A stretch of DNA of 63,192 nucleotides, counting the filler, from Chiloscyllium plagiosum (taxonomy: Eukaryota): NCBI RefSeq assembly GCF_004010195.1. It is 4 parts of one record of this genome, joined end to end, with 100 filler letters (N's around TTAATTAATTAA, not from the genome) between each part and the next. Parts side by side here need not be neighbours in the genome. Positions count along the whole stretch, not along the records: positions 1 to 26,185 come from NC_057712.1; 3 more parts are not named here. One strand, written 5' to 3'. The notes below the pieces were generated by a model. That model searched no databases and was not told where the DNA came from. It saw only the letters and a program-made list of their open reading frames with translations. Made by a program: the position numbers and the translations under genes. Shown in pieces: positions 1 through 12,855 of the stretch. How positions within the stretch are numbered: the stretch's first letter is position 1; every line of letters begins with the position of its first letter.

Positions 1-455
1 TCCCCCTCCCCCTCCACCAAGGATATGCAGGTCTTTGGGCTCCTCCATCGCCAGACCACAACAACACGACGGTTGGGGGGAGAGCGCCTCATCTTCCGCC
101 TAGGAATCCTCCAACCACAAGGGATGAACTCGGGTTTCACCAGTTTCCTCATTTCCCCTCCCCCCCCCTTGTCTCAGTCAAATCCATCGAATTCAGCACC
201 GCCTTCCTAACCTGCAATCTTCTTCCCGACCTCTCCGCCCCCACCCCAGTCTGACCTATCACCCTCACCTTGACCTCTTTCCACATATCGCATTTCCGAC
301 GCCCCTCCCCCAAGTCCCTCCTCCCTACCTTTTATCTTAGCCTGCTGGACATACTTTCCTCATTCCTGAAGAAGGGCTTACGCCCGAAACGTCGATTCTC
401 CTGTTCCCTGGATGCTGGCTGACCTGCTGCCCTTTTCCAGCAACAATTTTCAGCT
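1..455 (+). mobile_element. Penelope-like element (PLE) 3' end: GIY-YIG C-terminal tail plus pLTR with hammerhead motif
   Basis: ORF 25-210 has LLHRQTTTTRRL..ERLIFRLG.LQPQGMN, typical of vertebrate PLE C-termini. A pyrimidine-rich tail follows, with CTGAAGA-A-GGGC..GCCC-GAAAC-GTC at 366-393. Confidence 0.8.
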
Positions 456-655
456 ACGGGCAATTTAGCATGGCCAATTCACCAGACCTGCACATATTTG
501 GACTGTGTGAGGAAACCGGAGCACCCAGAGGAAACCCACACAGACACGGGGAGAATGTGCAAACTCCACACAGTCAGTCGCCTGAGGTGGAAATTGAACC
601 CGAGTCTCTGGTGCTGTGAGGTAGCAGTGCTAACCACTGTGCCACCGTGCCACCC
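456..655 (-). mobile_element. HE1-type tRNA-derived V-SINE (5' part)
   Basis: Reverse complement reads GGCACGGTGGCACAGTGGTTAGCACTGCTACCTCACAGCACCAGAGACTCGGGTTCAATT (A/B boxes), followed by the V-domain GGGTTTCCTCTGGGTGCTCCGGTTTCCTC. Confidence 0.85.
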
Positions 656-2366
656 ACAAATTTTCCAGATTCACTGTCTACATGATCAATACTAAATTTT
701 CCAATAAGAATATTCTTTTTAAAATATTAATAGAATCTCTTGCACTCTGATTTTATGTTCCTGGCTAGCTTTATCTCATACTCTAATTTTTTTCTCCTTG
801 TAGATATTTTGGTGACTCTTTGCTTTTCTAATCTGAAATCTGTCAATTTGCCACCTGTCTGCAGGTATCACTATATTGTGGTAACCCAAGGACACTTTCA
901 TGATGAAAACAATACCAGGTCAAATAAGGCCTGCTGTCTTGTTGGTTCAAGAACATGCTGTTTTAAGAAAATATCCCAAAAATGTTGTATGAAAGGAAAA
1001 TAATTTTATCTCGACTTTGCCCATCATATATTTCCATTCTATTTGTGAATTAAAACTCACGTGATTATCAGTGTACCTTTCTTCCACACTACTATGTAGT
1101 AATTATAAGGGAGCCTTTATAACAACCCCACAAGTTATTTCTTGCCTTTATCATTTCTTATCTCCATCAAAACTGTTTCCATATCCTGATTTCCTAAACT
1201 TAGGTTATCCTTCTTGATTGTGCTAACATCATTCACTAACAAAGCCATCCTTCCAAATTTTCAGAACCTCTTCTCCTTCCTGCCATGCTGCAATATTTGC
1301 TGCATCTCCAAATGTACCCTGTTCTTCTAGTAGCAACGTTGATTATTCAAGAGTCATCAACAAGTGGCTTATGCTGTGATTTCATTGGAGGTGCCAAGTG
1401 AAGGCAAGCCCTTAATTTTTCTCAACCAGAACTGAGGGGGATCCAAATATTGTATGCAGCATTCTGCACCATACTTGCAAGCCATCTAACAAACTGAGCC
1501 ACTTGGACACTACTGGAGTTGCCATAACACTTGTTTTGGTGACACACTGCAGTTATGTTTCCAGCCAGCAATGCCAAAAACTGCAGTGAGATGGAATTGC
1601 ATGTGGTGGAGGAGTTATGATTATTGGCTGCTGAAAATCAAATCCCTACTGTAAAGCAATCACTAAGATCATAAAATTAATAAGTGAGAGAGATTTCCTT
1701 TAACAAGCTCTCTGCAGAATTCAATTGCATTGAAAATGAATATTAAGCTTGGAGTTAAATCCTCAGTGGCCAATATATGGTAAAAGACATCACATGAACA
1801 ATCTAAGGTGAAGATTGTGCAGTTTCTTACAGTTTAGCTGGGCCTGAAATCAGAGTCTGTTCAAAGCCTGCTGAACTGCTTTGTAGGTATGCCTTGGGAT
1901 TGCCCATCAGCTCATACCCTATTAGATTGGCCCTCTCCTCATGCCTACATATGTATAACAATCAATATTTATATAAACTGGTCAGCAAAAAAAAACAAGA
2001 AAGAGTGTCTGCAGGGTTACATTGATGTTCAGGGTCTACGTTGTTTTTGGCAGAAAAGAACAGTAAGAAATTGTAGATATGAATTTTAATTACTAGTAAA
2101 ACACATTGTTCCAAGATGTTGCTCTAAGTTATGTGTGCATGGTCCCAGTATTTACCCTTGCACCCTGCAGAGTAGCAGATTTGATACCATTACCTGCTAG
2201 TTACCCTCTAAGCCACTCACTATGCTGACTTGGAAATATATCAACATTCCTTTAGTGTCACTGAGTCGAAATCCTGGAACACGCTCCCTAACAGCATTGT
2301 GGGCTTACCTTCACCACATGGACTCCTGCAGTTTATCACACTTTCTCAAGAACATTTATTTCTGGT

Positions 2367-3090
2367 AAGATGGTGCCAGAGTAGGACTTCTGAACCTGTT
2401 TTTCTTCTTTTATTTTTGTTTTTTTTTCTTTCTTTTTCTCGTCTTTCATTTTTTAGTCTCTTCTATTTTGTTGTACTTAAGTTTTGGTGAAAAACTCGGT
2501 TGCTGTTATGGCATTGGCAGCAGCAAGTGGGCCCAGCAGCACAGATTCAAGTAGGCCTAGCAGTGCAGAGTTACAGTGGTGACGTTGGTGGTGAGTTTAG
2601 GTTCATGGCAGCATCTGCTTCCAGCGCAGGTTTAAGGAGGTGGTGGTGGAGGTGAGTTTGGGCCCAGTATGAGACTCCATAACATCAACAGCAACTGTAT
2701 CGGTGATGTCGGTCTGAAGCAGACTCATGGTGGTGGCAGAGTTGCGCTTGGGCCACTGTAGTAGCTGACAATTTTGGAGGTGTCTGCATTGGCGAGGTCC
2801 AGCAAGGAGTCATACTGGTGAGGGAGTCAGTGGAGGTGAGGTGTCCCCGAAGAATGGCGATGTTTGTTCCAGTGCAGGCAGCACAACGAAGGGGATTCAT
2901 GCCTGGCCAACAGGCCATGGTGGAGCATTTAACAAGAGGGACTTTATTTCTTCATTTTTCTGTCTTTATATTCTATATTTTGGCTTTTTTTGTGTTTTAA
3001 GATGGTATTGGAGATTGGTGACATTATACAGCACTTTGCACTCTATTTGATAACGCGATACATGTGATAATAAATAAATCAAACCAAATC
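2367..3090 (+). mobile_element. Degenerate non-autonomous non-LTR element nested in an older SINE
   Basis: Starts AAGATGG and ends ACATGTGATAATAAATAAATCAAACCAAATC, a tail style seen in Rex1/L2-type elements. Family not certain. Confidence 0.35.
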
Positions 3091-4749
3091 TAGGAATAGG
3101 CAATAAAATGCTGGCCAGCCAGCGAAGCCTATGTTGCAGTGTGAATAAAAGCATGAACGGTAGAATAGATAAGGTTAGGGAGAGGGCTATATTCAATATA
3201 CCTTAAAGCTGTATATCCATGGTGGGAGTCCTTCTCAATTTTGTCATAATTTTTTAGAAGATCAGTGGAAATTCTCACTCTTCACAAAAAGCGGCCTTTA
3301 GTTAATCTTTCTTTCTCTTGCATTCGTGTAGGAGACTACAGAGGAAATTCCGACAATATCTTTACTATCATATAAAATCACACAAAATGATGGGTTGTAC
3401 AAGGAGGGAGAAGACATTATAAGGCTTTATTTGAACGAATCAGGACATTGGTCAACACTGTACCATGTCTGGCATTTGACATATTAATGACAATGATTTA
3501 ATGATCAATTGCTCCACAACAATTGTTTAACAGTGTGGTTAGTTTATTAAAAACAATAAAACAAATTGCAGCAGTTGTCAGTCAGCAGGAGGTTTCTTTG
3601 TCTATGTTTGACCTGATGCCAAGAGGCTTTGTGAAACCTAGGGTAAATATTGAGGACTCCCAGGTCAACTCTGCTTAGGTTGTGAACTACTGTGTCACCA
3701 TTGGGAAGGTTCTAAACAGAGATAATGGTAGTATCTAGGTCATGATTCCACAGGTATAACTATGTCAAGTTTTGATTGATCAGACTGTATGACAGCTCTC
3801 CCCATTTTGGCAAAAGTGCTCAGATGCTGCTCAAGAGGACAATGCTATGTTTCCCTTTTTCCTTTGCAAAGCTTTTTCATTTCTTGGGTGGTAGAATGTA
3901 ATGAAGTTGCAAGAAGAGTTCCACTAAAACAGATAATAAAAATATAGGAGCAAATTACTTTAAATGTTGGAATCTGCACTAAAACAAAAACAAATGGTAG
4001 AGGTCACATTGGGTCAGGCATCATCAATGGACAAAGAGCAAGCTAACATTTTGAGTCTAGATGTTAAGTGCAGTCTTGAGAATGCAGCATTTATGCTATA
4101 CTTTGCCGGGGGGAGGGGGGGGGGGGGGGGGGGCAGGGGTGTGGTGGTGGTGAGGTTGGAGGAGAGTTGTAGAGTGCTGTGGGAGAAAAGATGTTGATTG
4201 TTCAGGTTAAGTGATGTGTTCAGATTAAGTTAATGTGTTCTGAAGACAATTAGATACATTCTTGAAGAATGTTACATAATCCTCATGAGAAGACAGATAG
4301 GTGAGGCTGATGTTTCTAAAAAGGGATCATAAAGTAGAAGCAGAAATAAGTCTTATGGCCTATCAAGTCTGCTCTGCTCTTCAATGAGGTCATGTTTGAT
4401 TTGATAATCTTCAACTCCATTTTCCATAATCCTTGATTTCCTTACTGAGTAAAAATCTGTCCATCTCAAGTTTGAATATCCTTAAAGACTCAGCTTCAAC
4501 AGCCTCAGTTCCAAACGTGCCACATTTTGTTGTATCAAAATATGATTAACGTTCAATTCTGCCAATCATTAAGGGACACTTTTATTGGAAACTTTTATAA
4601 AGCACATTCAGGACAGTTCAATGATCACAGAAAAGGAGTTCAAAGGCTACAGTGAGTTGGAAATGTCAGGCATATGGGAAAGAAAGTAGATTCCACGTGA
4701 GGCTATGCTACTGTTATCTGTACTACTGAGAAAACCATAAGACATCATG

Positions 4750-4933
4750 AGAAAAATGAGGACTGCAGATGCTGGAGATCAGAGTCAAGATTAGAGTGGT
4801 GCTGGAAAAGCACAGCTGGTCAGGCAGCATCCAAGGAGCAGGATTCCCGATGAAGGGCTTTTGCCCGAAGCGTCGATTGTCCTGCTCCTCGGATGCTGCC
4901 TGACTTGCTGTGCTTTTCCAGCACCACTCTAAT
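4750..4933. mobile_element. Short PLE remnant: inverted pLTR pair around a degenerate hammerhead core
   Basis: Arm ATTAGAGTGGTGCTGGAAAAGCACAGC..GGCAGCATCC.AGGAGCAGGA and its reverse complement flank CCGATGAAGGGCTTTTGCCCGAAGCGTC. Confidence 0.75.
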
Positions 4934-4939
4934 GTTGAT

Positions 4940-5910
4940 ATAAGACATCATGACTGATCTGATAATCCTCAACTTCACTTTCTTGCCACAGATAAAAGTC
5001 TGTGTATCTTGGTCCTGACTACGCTTAATGACCAGGGTCAGTGGTAAAATATTACACATATTTACCATGCTTTGAGAGAAGAAATTCCTCCTCACCTCTC
5101 TTAGATGGACAACTGAAAGTATGCCCTTTGGTCTTTGACTTTAACACAAGGAGAATCAACATCTCTGCATTTACACTCTCAAGTGCCCAGGGAATATTTT
5201 ATGTTACAATAAGTTTTATTTTCATTCTTCTAAACTCCAATACGTAAAGGCATAAGAAAATCCGTCGATACTCAGAATCAATGCAGTCAACCTTCGTTGA
5301 ATTGCTCCAATGTCACGCGATCATTCCACAGATAAAGGACCCAAAATTGTTCACAGTATTCTGGCTGTGGACTGACTAGTGGCTAATATAATTTTAGCAA
5401 GACCTCCCTTTTTTATACTTCATTCCCTTTGAAATAAAGTCCGGTAATACATTTTCTTTCTACATTACCTGTTGAGCTTAGATTTTATTTTTTATGATTC
5501 ATGCATGATGATTCCAATTCTTTCAGTTCTTTAGCTTTCTTCAGTCTTTCTCCATTTAAATAACTTCCAGCTCTTCTATTCTACCTGCTAAAGTGGAATG
5601 CATAACCTCACACTACCCCACTTTACGTTCCATCTGCCAAGTTTTTGCCCATTCATTTAACCATTCTATATCTCACTTCAGACACTTCCTGACATCCTTA
5701 CCACTTGCCATTCCATCTATTTTTGTATCATTTGTAAACTTGGTGTTCAGCCAATTACTTCCCTTATCCAATTCATTAATACATATATTATAAATAATTG
5801 TGTCCCCTACTCCTAGCACTGAGCCCTGTGTTAGTCCACTTTACATGAGCAGTAACGCCACCATTACCCAAGGACTCTGTCTTCAATTAATTAGCCAATC
5901 GTCCATCCAT
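4940..5910 (-). mobile_element. Old degenerate CR1-type LINE 3' part
   Basis: Minus-strand remnant MRRNFFSQ..VN.CN.LP (ORF 4820-5095) and decayed CR1 RT-like nucleotide motifs. Confidence 0.6.
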
Positions 5911-6367
5911 TTAACACTCTCTTCAAGAATGCATCTAATTGTATTTTGAACACAATAACTTAATCTGGACACATCACATAACCTGAACTATCAACATCTT
6001 TTCTCCCCCATCACTCTACATGCCACCATCCTCCCCCTCAAGTATAGCATAAATGCTGCCCTCTCCACACTTCACTCCAGCTCGAAGAAAGAGTCATCTA
6101 GACTTGAAACATTAGCTTGCTGTCTCTCCATGGATGTTGCCTGACCTGCTGTGCTCTTCAGCATCATGTACTCTTATCTGTGGTTCCACTACATCCATCT
6201 TGCTTGTTACTCCTCATAAAAATTCAATAAATTTGTTGGTCACAATTTCCCCTTCATGAAACCATGCTGACTCTGTTTTATTATACTGTGTATTTCTAAA
6301 CGTTCTGCTTTAAAACATCCTTAATAATAAAATCTAGCACTTTAGCTATGCAAAAGAAAGAAGATCT

Positions 6368-7534
6368 TTCCTTAAAGTGTTGTTTTTCAAAATAGGACCA
6401 GGGCTAACTTCAGCGATCCATAAAGTGCCAGGTATATTTTTCGAACTGATTAAAATTAGCTTACATTTTAATAATACTTCTATTTAGCCTGATTTTATTT
6501 CTTAAAGCTTCTAACTGATGCGTCAATGATAATATACTCAGATTTTCTTCCAGACAAGAGGCTCTGTCAAACAAATTGCACCAAATCAAGGAATAAACCA
6601 ATTGCCTGTATACAAACAATGCTTCTCTAATCCTTATTAGGATTTCTTAGCATCAAGGCTGTGCAATAGCATCATCTTTCACAAATGTCACCTCTTTTGT
6701 AAATTGTCACAATTCCTTCAATTTTGCTGTCACTTCTCTCTCTAGGATTTTGGATTTCTCAGTTTTTTTGCCATGACACAAAAGAGCATTAATAATGCTT
6801 CTTACCAGTTCTCAAGACACTTTGATATGCTTCCTGCTGAAACATTAATTTAAAACATTCCATGGGCAAAACACATTGGTTAATCTGTGCAAGACCCTAT
6901 TCCCTAATCACTGATAGATGCATTCTCTGTTGAACATTTTGAAGTTGTTAATGCAGGGATAGGTCTGAGCCATATCAGGTGAAGGGACTTTGATTTTAGA
7001 CACCATCTGAAAGAAGGATCTCCAATTATGAAGCAGCTCCTCAGTACTGCAAGGAATCTAAATTAAATTATGAGGTTATTAGGTAGAGGCTTGACTGCCA
7101 TAGTATTCAGGCAACAGTTATAGCCTCTCAAAGAGTTTGATGAGAAATTCTGACAATGTAACCAAAATATATCAGCTTCTTTCACTTAACTGTCTGGGAA
7201 ACTAGTGATTACTACATTTTATGGCTGATGACCTTCTTTATGATTTTCTGCTGTCATTTAATATCATGTATCCTTCAGAGGCCTCATTAATCAAATACTT
7301 CAAACATTTTCCTGCTTGTGTTTAGAGCCAAATCTCAGTTGCACTGAACTTTAAATATATCCTCAGAGTTAAAGTTGGTTGGGTGAAACACCTTCATGCA
7401 CAAAGGGAAAAAAATATTTTCAAAATATTTCCTTAAGATGTTGTTTTTCTAAATAAAACCAGGGCTAACTTCAGAGGTCCATAAAGTGCCAGGTTTATTT
7501 TTTGAACTGATTAAAATTAGTTTACATTTTAATA
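6368..7534 (+). repeat. ~105-bp direct repeat pair (6368-6473 and 7428-7534)
   Basis: Both copies contain TTTCCTTAA..TGTTGTTTTTC.AAATA..ACCAGGGCTAACTTCAG.G.TCCATAAAGTGCCAGGT.TATTTTT.GAACTGATTAAAATTAG.TTACATTTT. Confidence 0.85.
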
Positions 7535-7650
7535 ACCATTGAAACTATGAACCACTATTTCATATAATAAAGCAAATCCACACTAGATATTTAAATAGCA
7601 GAAAGTTTTTAAAACAAAACACAAAATAAAAAAGATATAATGCTACAAAA

Positions 7651-7987
7651 CGGCACGGTGGACGGCACGGTGGCACAGTGGTTAGCACTGCCTCACAGCG
7701 CCAGAGACCCGGGTTCAATTCCCGCCTCAGGCGACTCTCTGTGTGGAGTTTGCACGTTCTCCCCGTGTCTGCATGGGTTTCCTCCGGGTGCTCCGGTTTC
7801 CTCCCACAGTACAAAAAAAAATGTGCAGGTTAGGTGAATTGGCCATGCTAAATTGCCTGTAGTGTTAGGTGAAGGGGTAAATGTAGGGGAATGGGTCTGG
7901 ATGGGTTGCGCTTCAGCAGGTCGGTGTGGACTTGTTGGGCCGAAGGGCCTGTTTCCACACTGTAAGTAACCTAATGTAAGTAACCTA
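7651..7987 (+). mobile_element. Full-length HE1-type V-SINE
   Basis: tRNA-like head (duplicated CGGCACGGTGG start, B box GGTTCAATTCC), V-domain, and CR1-derived tail GGGCCGAAGGGCCTGTTTCCACACTGTAAGTAACCTAA. Confidence 0.9.
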
Positions 7988-8669
7988 AAAAACTAAGAAA
8001 ACTAGGGATACACATTTAATAACATTGTCCTCACATGTACAAGGTATTCTGGTAACTTATTTATGTGTCTCTGTTAAGCATCCAAAATTTAAATACAAGA
8101 GTAGAATGTACTGCTGTGAAAAGTATGTTCAGGTATTATTTTTGTTTTTATTTTGTACATTTTATTCGGTGGTGCACTTCTGAAGTATGATTGCTGCTGT
8201 AATGTATGAAATACAGCAGCATCTTTGTGCACAGCATAATCCCACAAACAGTGATATTATAATGAATGAATAAATAGCATTCTGTAAAAGTATCAGTCCC
8301 ACTGAAGGATAAGTCTGATATTTGTGTCCTAATCACTGGAATATGATTTGAACATACAATTGTTTGGCTCAAAGATGAGAGATGTGTCATTGAGCTACAG
8401 TTTTTAGAGATTGGTTTAATGAATATCTGAGAGAAGCTTTGATGTCACTGTACTCTATTAGGAGCTTGGTACTTGTACAGCTCAGAGCATGCTGCTCTGT
8501 AGCTTTATCACCGTGTACTATCTGTTAATAAATGTTCTTTAAAATTAATCTAATGTCTGTTCAATGTACATATGAAGAAGATGTAAAGAATTCACACTAG
8601 AATGCAGCTGTGACAGTCAGTTTATGTGAGCCAAATATTTGTCTTTGCACATTGTATTCTTATATTAGA

Positions 8670-9035
8670 ACCAGTCTGACTCAAGACTGGGATACAGACA
8701 TGCTGTAGCCTCACAACTTTAATGCATTGTGTGAGCTGAGATGTTTTTTTTTTTTTATAAAACCTTAAGTTATCTCAAGAATGTGACTTAAAAGAAGTTC
8801 TGGGATTTACATATTAATGAACCAAAACCTGCAATCCATTCTAAAAGATGAAAAACATAACAGCAATCTCGGCTTGTTCAATATATCATTTCAGTTGTAT
8901 GACATTGTAATATTTTGCAATAAATTCTGTGTCTTAGGGATCTGGTCCACAACTACCTGATGAAGGAGCAGTGCTTCGGAAGCTAGTGCTTCCAAATAAA
9001 CCCGTTGGACGATAACCTAGTGTGTGATTTTTAAC
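8670..9035 (+). mobile_element. PLE pLTR-derived element, second family, with degenerate hammerhead motif
   Basis: CTACCTGATGAAGGAGCAGTGCTTCGGAAGCTAG at ~8953-8986 and terminal TGTGTGATTTTTAAC; the same family recurs at 36157-36500. Confidence 0.55.
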
Positions 9036-10485
9036 AGTGTAGAAGAGACTATATTGTGAGCAACAAATACAGCAAATTGAAGCTGTCTAAAGTACAAGTA
9101 AAACACTACTTTACTACTTTGTTGTCTGGACTCAACAGTTAACACTGAAAGTGCCAGCAATCTCTCCATCTGAATTTTGTCAGTAGATGCATATCCATTG
9201 ATTAAGCTCACCGGGGATCCAAAAGGTAAGGATTCAGTAATTTGAATGATGATTGAGAGGACTGTCACTCTGGGGTTTTGTTGAGTAGGTACAATAACTC
9301 TCTAAGTAGGAGTTCATTTTGTTTTAACTCCATTGATTACAGTATTGAAAATAAGGAGATATTCTGTTTTCAATATGTCCTGAGATGAATTTATATGAAT
9401 CTAAGTGCTTGACAGCTGCACTTTAGTAGTGACATGTTCACTCTGAGTCAGGGATTTGTATCTCCAAACCCCACATCAGAGACTTCAACACCAAATCCAG
9501 CCGACTCCTCAGTAGTATTAAAGAGTGCTGCTCTGCCAGCATGCTATGCCTCATACAAAATGTCAAACATAGGTTCTGCTGTCCTTTTAGATAAATAGAA
9601 ATAAAACCTCATCATTATTCAAAAAAGACCACAGCATTATTGATTGGCACCATCAATATGCATTAAAGTATTCAGTAACTTATTTTTTTCCTGTTTGTGA
9701 GAGAATGCTACACACAAATTGTTGATAAGTTTTCCATACTGCAACAGGGACTACCTTCAAAAAGTATGTTTTGGGATGATGAATGCTCTAAATTAACCCA
9801 ATATCTGTGATGTATCAGTGTGAAATACTTGCATTACTGAATAAATGGTGGAGGTTCTTCTCATCATTTCTGATTATCTAATATCCTGCTGCCTTCACAA
9901 ATACTTGCCAAGAGTTACTGGAAGAAACAGCAATTGACTACTGCAAGCCCCTTGGCACCAACTACTTTAATTCTGGACTATGCCTGAATTTAATGGATGG
10001 ATTCACTATATGTAATTTTAAGTCTGTTGCGAGAACATTATTGATGCTGCCTGTGTAGAAAATTCCAAATGTCTGTCCAAATATTTTTTATAGTGACATA
10101 CAAGTATATGACAGGTTTAAGTAAGGTAGACAAAGAAGAAACAATCTGTCTGTTTGCTGATGGGTACAACAATTAAGCTTTTGATCAAAAAGTATGGGCA
10201 GAGTAAGAAGAACCTTTATTATGCAACAATAGCTAGTGATATATTTTGTATAATATTTAATTTTGTGTCAGAGAAAACTCACAAGCTGGATAAGCGATGC
10301 AGCTTCACAGAAAGATATTGAACAAAAAAGTGGCACAATTTTGTTCACTGTTTCAGAAGAGGAATACTCCAATGAGATTTCATATTTGAAACCAGGCTTG
10401 TGTTCAATCTTCCAATGCTGTTTGGAGTCATACAACATGTCTCCTTTCCCAAGACTTGTAAAAATATTAACCACAGTTCCAGTTA

Positions 10486-11160
10486 TAGAGTCATAGAGGT
10501 ATACAGCACTGAAACAAACCCTTTGGTCCAACTCATCCATGCCGACCAGATATCCTAAACTAATCTAGTCCCATTTGCCAGCACTTGGCCCATATCCCTC
10601 TTAAACCCTTCTTATTCATGTACCAATCTAGTAATTGTTCCTGCCTCAACCACTTCCTCTGGCAGCTCATTCCATACAGGCACCACCCTCTGCCTAAAAA
10701 AGTTGCCCCTGAGGTCCCTTTTAAATTTGTCCCCTCTCACCTTAAAGTCGAGTTCTGGACTCCCCCACCCCAGGGAAGAGACCTTTACTATTTACCCCAT
10801 CCATGCCAGTCATGATTTTATAAACCTCTGTAAGGTCACCCCTCAGTCTCTGATACTGCAGGGAAAATAGCCCCAGCCTTTTCAGCCTCTCCCTGTAGCT
10901 CAAATCCTCCAACCTTGGCAACGTCCTTGTAAATCTTTTCTGAAACCTTTCAAGTTTCACAACATCCTTCCTATAGCAGGGAAACCAGAATTATGCACAA
11001 TATTCCAAAAGTGGCCGAACCAATGTCCTGTACAATTGCAACATGACCTCCCAACTCCAAGCACCTTGTTCATATACTATCTACCTGTGACTCCACTTTC
11101 AAGGAACTATGAACCTTCACTCCAAGGTATCTGTGTTCAGCAACACTCCCCAGGACCTCC
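10486..11160 (-). mobile_element. CR1/HER1 LINE 3' fragment
   Basis: ORF 10742-10960 (KLERFQKRFTRTLPRLEDLSYRERLKRLGLFSL..RLRGDL); tail TAGAGTCATAGAG. Confidence 0.9.
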
Positions 11161-11179
11161 TGAAAGCTAACCAGTGATC

Positions 11180-11800
11180 AGAACTGAAAACATAAATGCT
11201 GGAGATCCCAGCAGATCAGGCAGCATCCATGGAGAGACAGAAATTTAATGTTCAAGTCTGAAACAGAGCTGGCATAAAGTGTGGAGGGGACAACATTTAT
11301 GTCTACATTGAGGAGACCAAGTGCAGACAGGGTGACTGATTTGTGGTCTGCTCAATCTACAAGCATGACCCCGTGCTCTAATTTGCTGACCAGTTTAATT
11401 CTCCATTCCATTCTCATGCTCATGTTTCTGTCCTGGGTGTGCAATGTCTCAGTGAAGTCCAATGCAAGGTGAAGGTACAATATCTAATTTCCGTTTGTGC
11501 ACATTACAACCTGAAAGATTCAACATTAAGTTCAACAACTTTGGACCATGAAATTTGAACTCCATTTTGATATAATTCCTGACTTTCTTTATTGCCCCTG
11601 CCCTCCCCTCCCCACCAGAACTGAGCAACATTGTGCTTGTTCCTAATAGCTGCTCTATAATTCTGCATTCTTCCTTTTCTAAAACAACTACACTATTATG
11701 TGGACTCTGTTTCTCCTGTAAATGCTGCCAGACCTGCTGAGTTTCTTCAGTCCTTTCTGATTTTGCTTCACCAGCATCTGCTGTATCTTGCTTCCACAAA
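11180..11800 (+). mobile_element. Degenerate PLE with inverted 5' tail copy
   Basis: Starts AAATGCTGGAGATCCCAGCAGATCAGGCAGCATC (inverted) and ends AATGCTGCCAGACCTGCTGAG..CCAGCATCTGC; decayed PLE C-terminal coding sequence lies between. Confidence 0.55.
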
Positions 11801-12504
11801 CAGTTTGAAAAAGTTTGGATCTGGCACCTGGGATCTTGTCAATTATTTTGTATTGGCAATGTTTTTGTTAGCAAATTACCCAGAAAGATTTAATTTTGAA
11901 CATCTGTAAAGAAGCCAGTTTACCCTTGATATTGCTTTTGGTCATAAGCAAATTTGAGTCATATAATGGCCAATAAAACTATAAATTATCAAAATCTGCA
12001 TTGGAGGCTTTTTTTATTTTCACACATTCATGATAAAATGAGTTTTTTTTCTGTCAAATTTTAAGACCTCATCTCTGTGTGCAGTTTTGGTCCTACTATT
12101 TATGGAAGGATTGAGGAGATGGAGGAGGAGGACTCAGAGGACGCGATTACATTGAGTAGGTTGCCTTATGAGGAAATGTTCAATTGACTGGATCTATTAG
12201 GTATTGGAATTCATTGAATGACAGAACAGACTTGAGGGGGTGAATGGCCTATTTCTGCTCTTATGAAGATTCACATTTGGAATAAGCCAATGGTGTGCAG
12301 AAATGTGAAGTCAGTCAAATATCAATGTTTAACTATGTTGAGATAGGCTATGTATGTAACTTGAATGTTGCACTTATCCATTGCGAGTGAACTTTACAGC
12401 TAGAAAGTATCAAATTATGCTTCTTTGTTAATGATAACTGTGATGTAAGTAAAGTCAGCCTAACTTCTTCAAGTTTTGTTACCCATCTTCACAAGATTCA
12501 GTGT

Positions 12505-12855
12505 GGTGACATAGTAGTTTAGTGGTTAGCACTGCTGCCTCACTGTAGCAGGTACCTGGGTTGTTTTGCACCTACATCACAGTTATCATGAATAAAGAAG
12601 CATAATTTGATACTTTCTAGCTGTAACGTTCACTCTGTGTGTAGTTTGCACATTGCCCCTCTGTCTGTGTGGGTTTCCTCTTGGTGCACAAGTTTCTACC
12701 CACAGTTAAAAAAAGATGTGTAAGCTTGGTTGAATAGCCATGGGAAATGCAGGATTACAGGAATAGGGTGGGTCTGGGTAGGGTGGTCTTCAGAGGGGTG
12801 GTATAGACACAATGGGCCAAATGGCCTGCTTCTACATTGTAGGGATTCTATGATT
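12505..12855 (+). mobile_element. HE1-type SINE with internal patch copied from the flank
   Basis: Head AGTGGTTAGCACTGCTGCCTCAC, V-domain GGGTTTCCTC.., tail GGGCCAAATGGCCTGCTTCTACATTGTAGGGATTCTATGATT; 12573-12635 is foreign sequence. Confidence 0.75.

Noticed and set aside
7651..7730. tRNA-like sequence
   Set aside because: It is the tRNA-derived head of an HE1-type SINE, continuous with the V-domain and LINE tail, not a tRNA gene.
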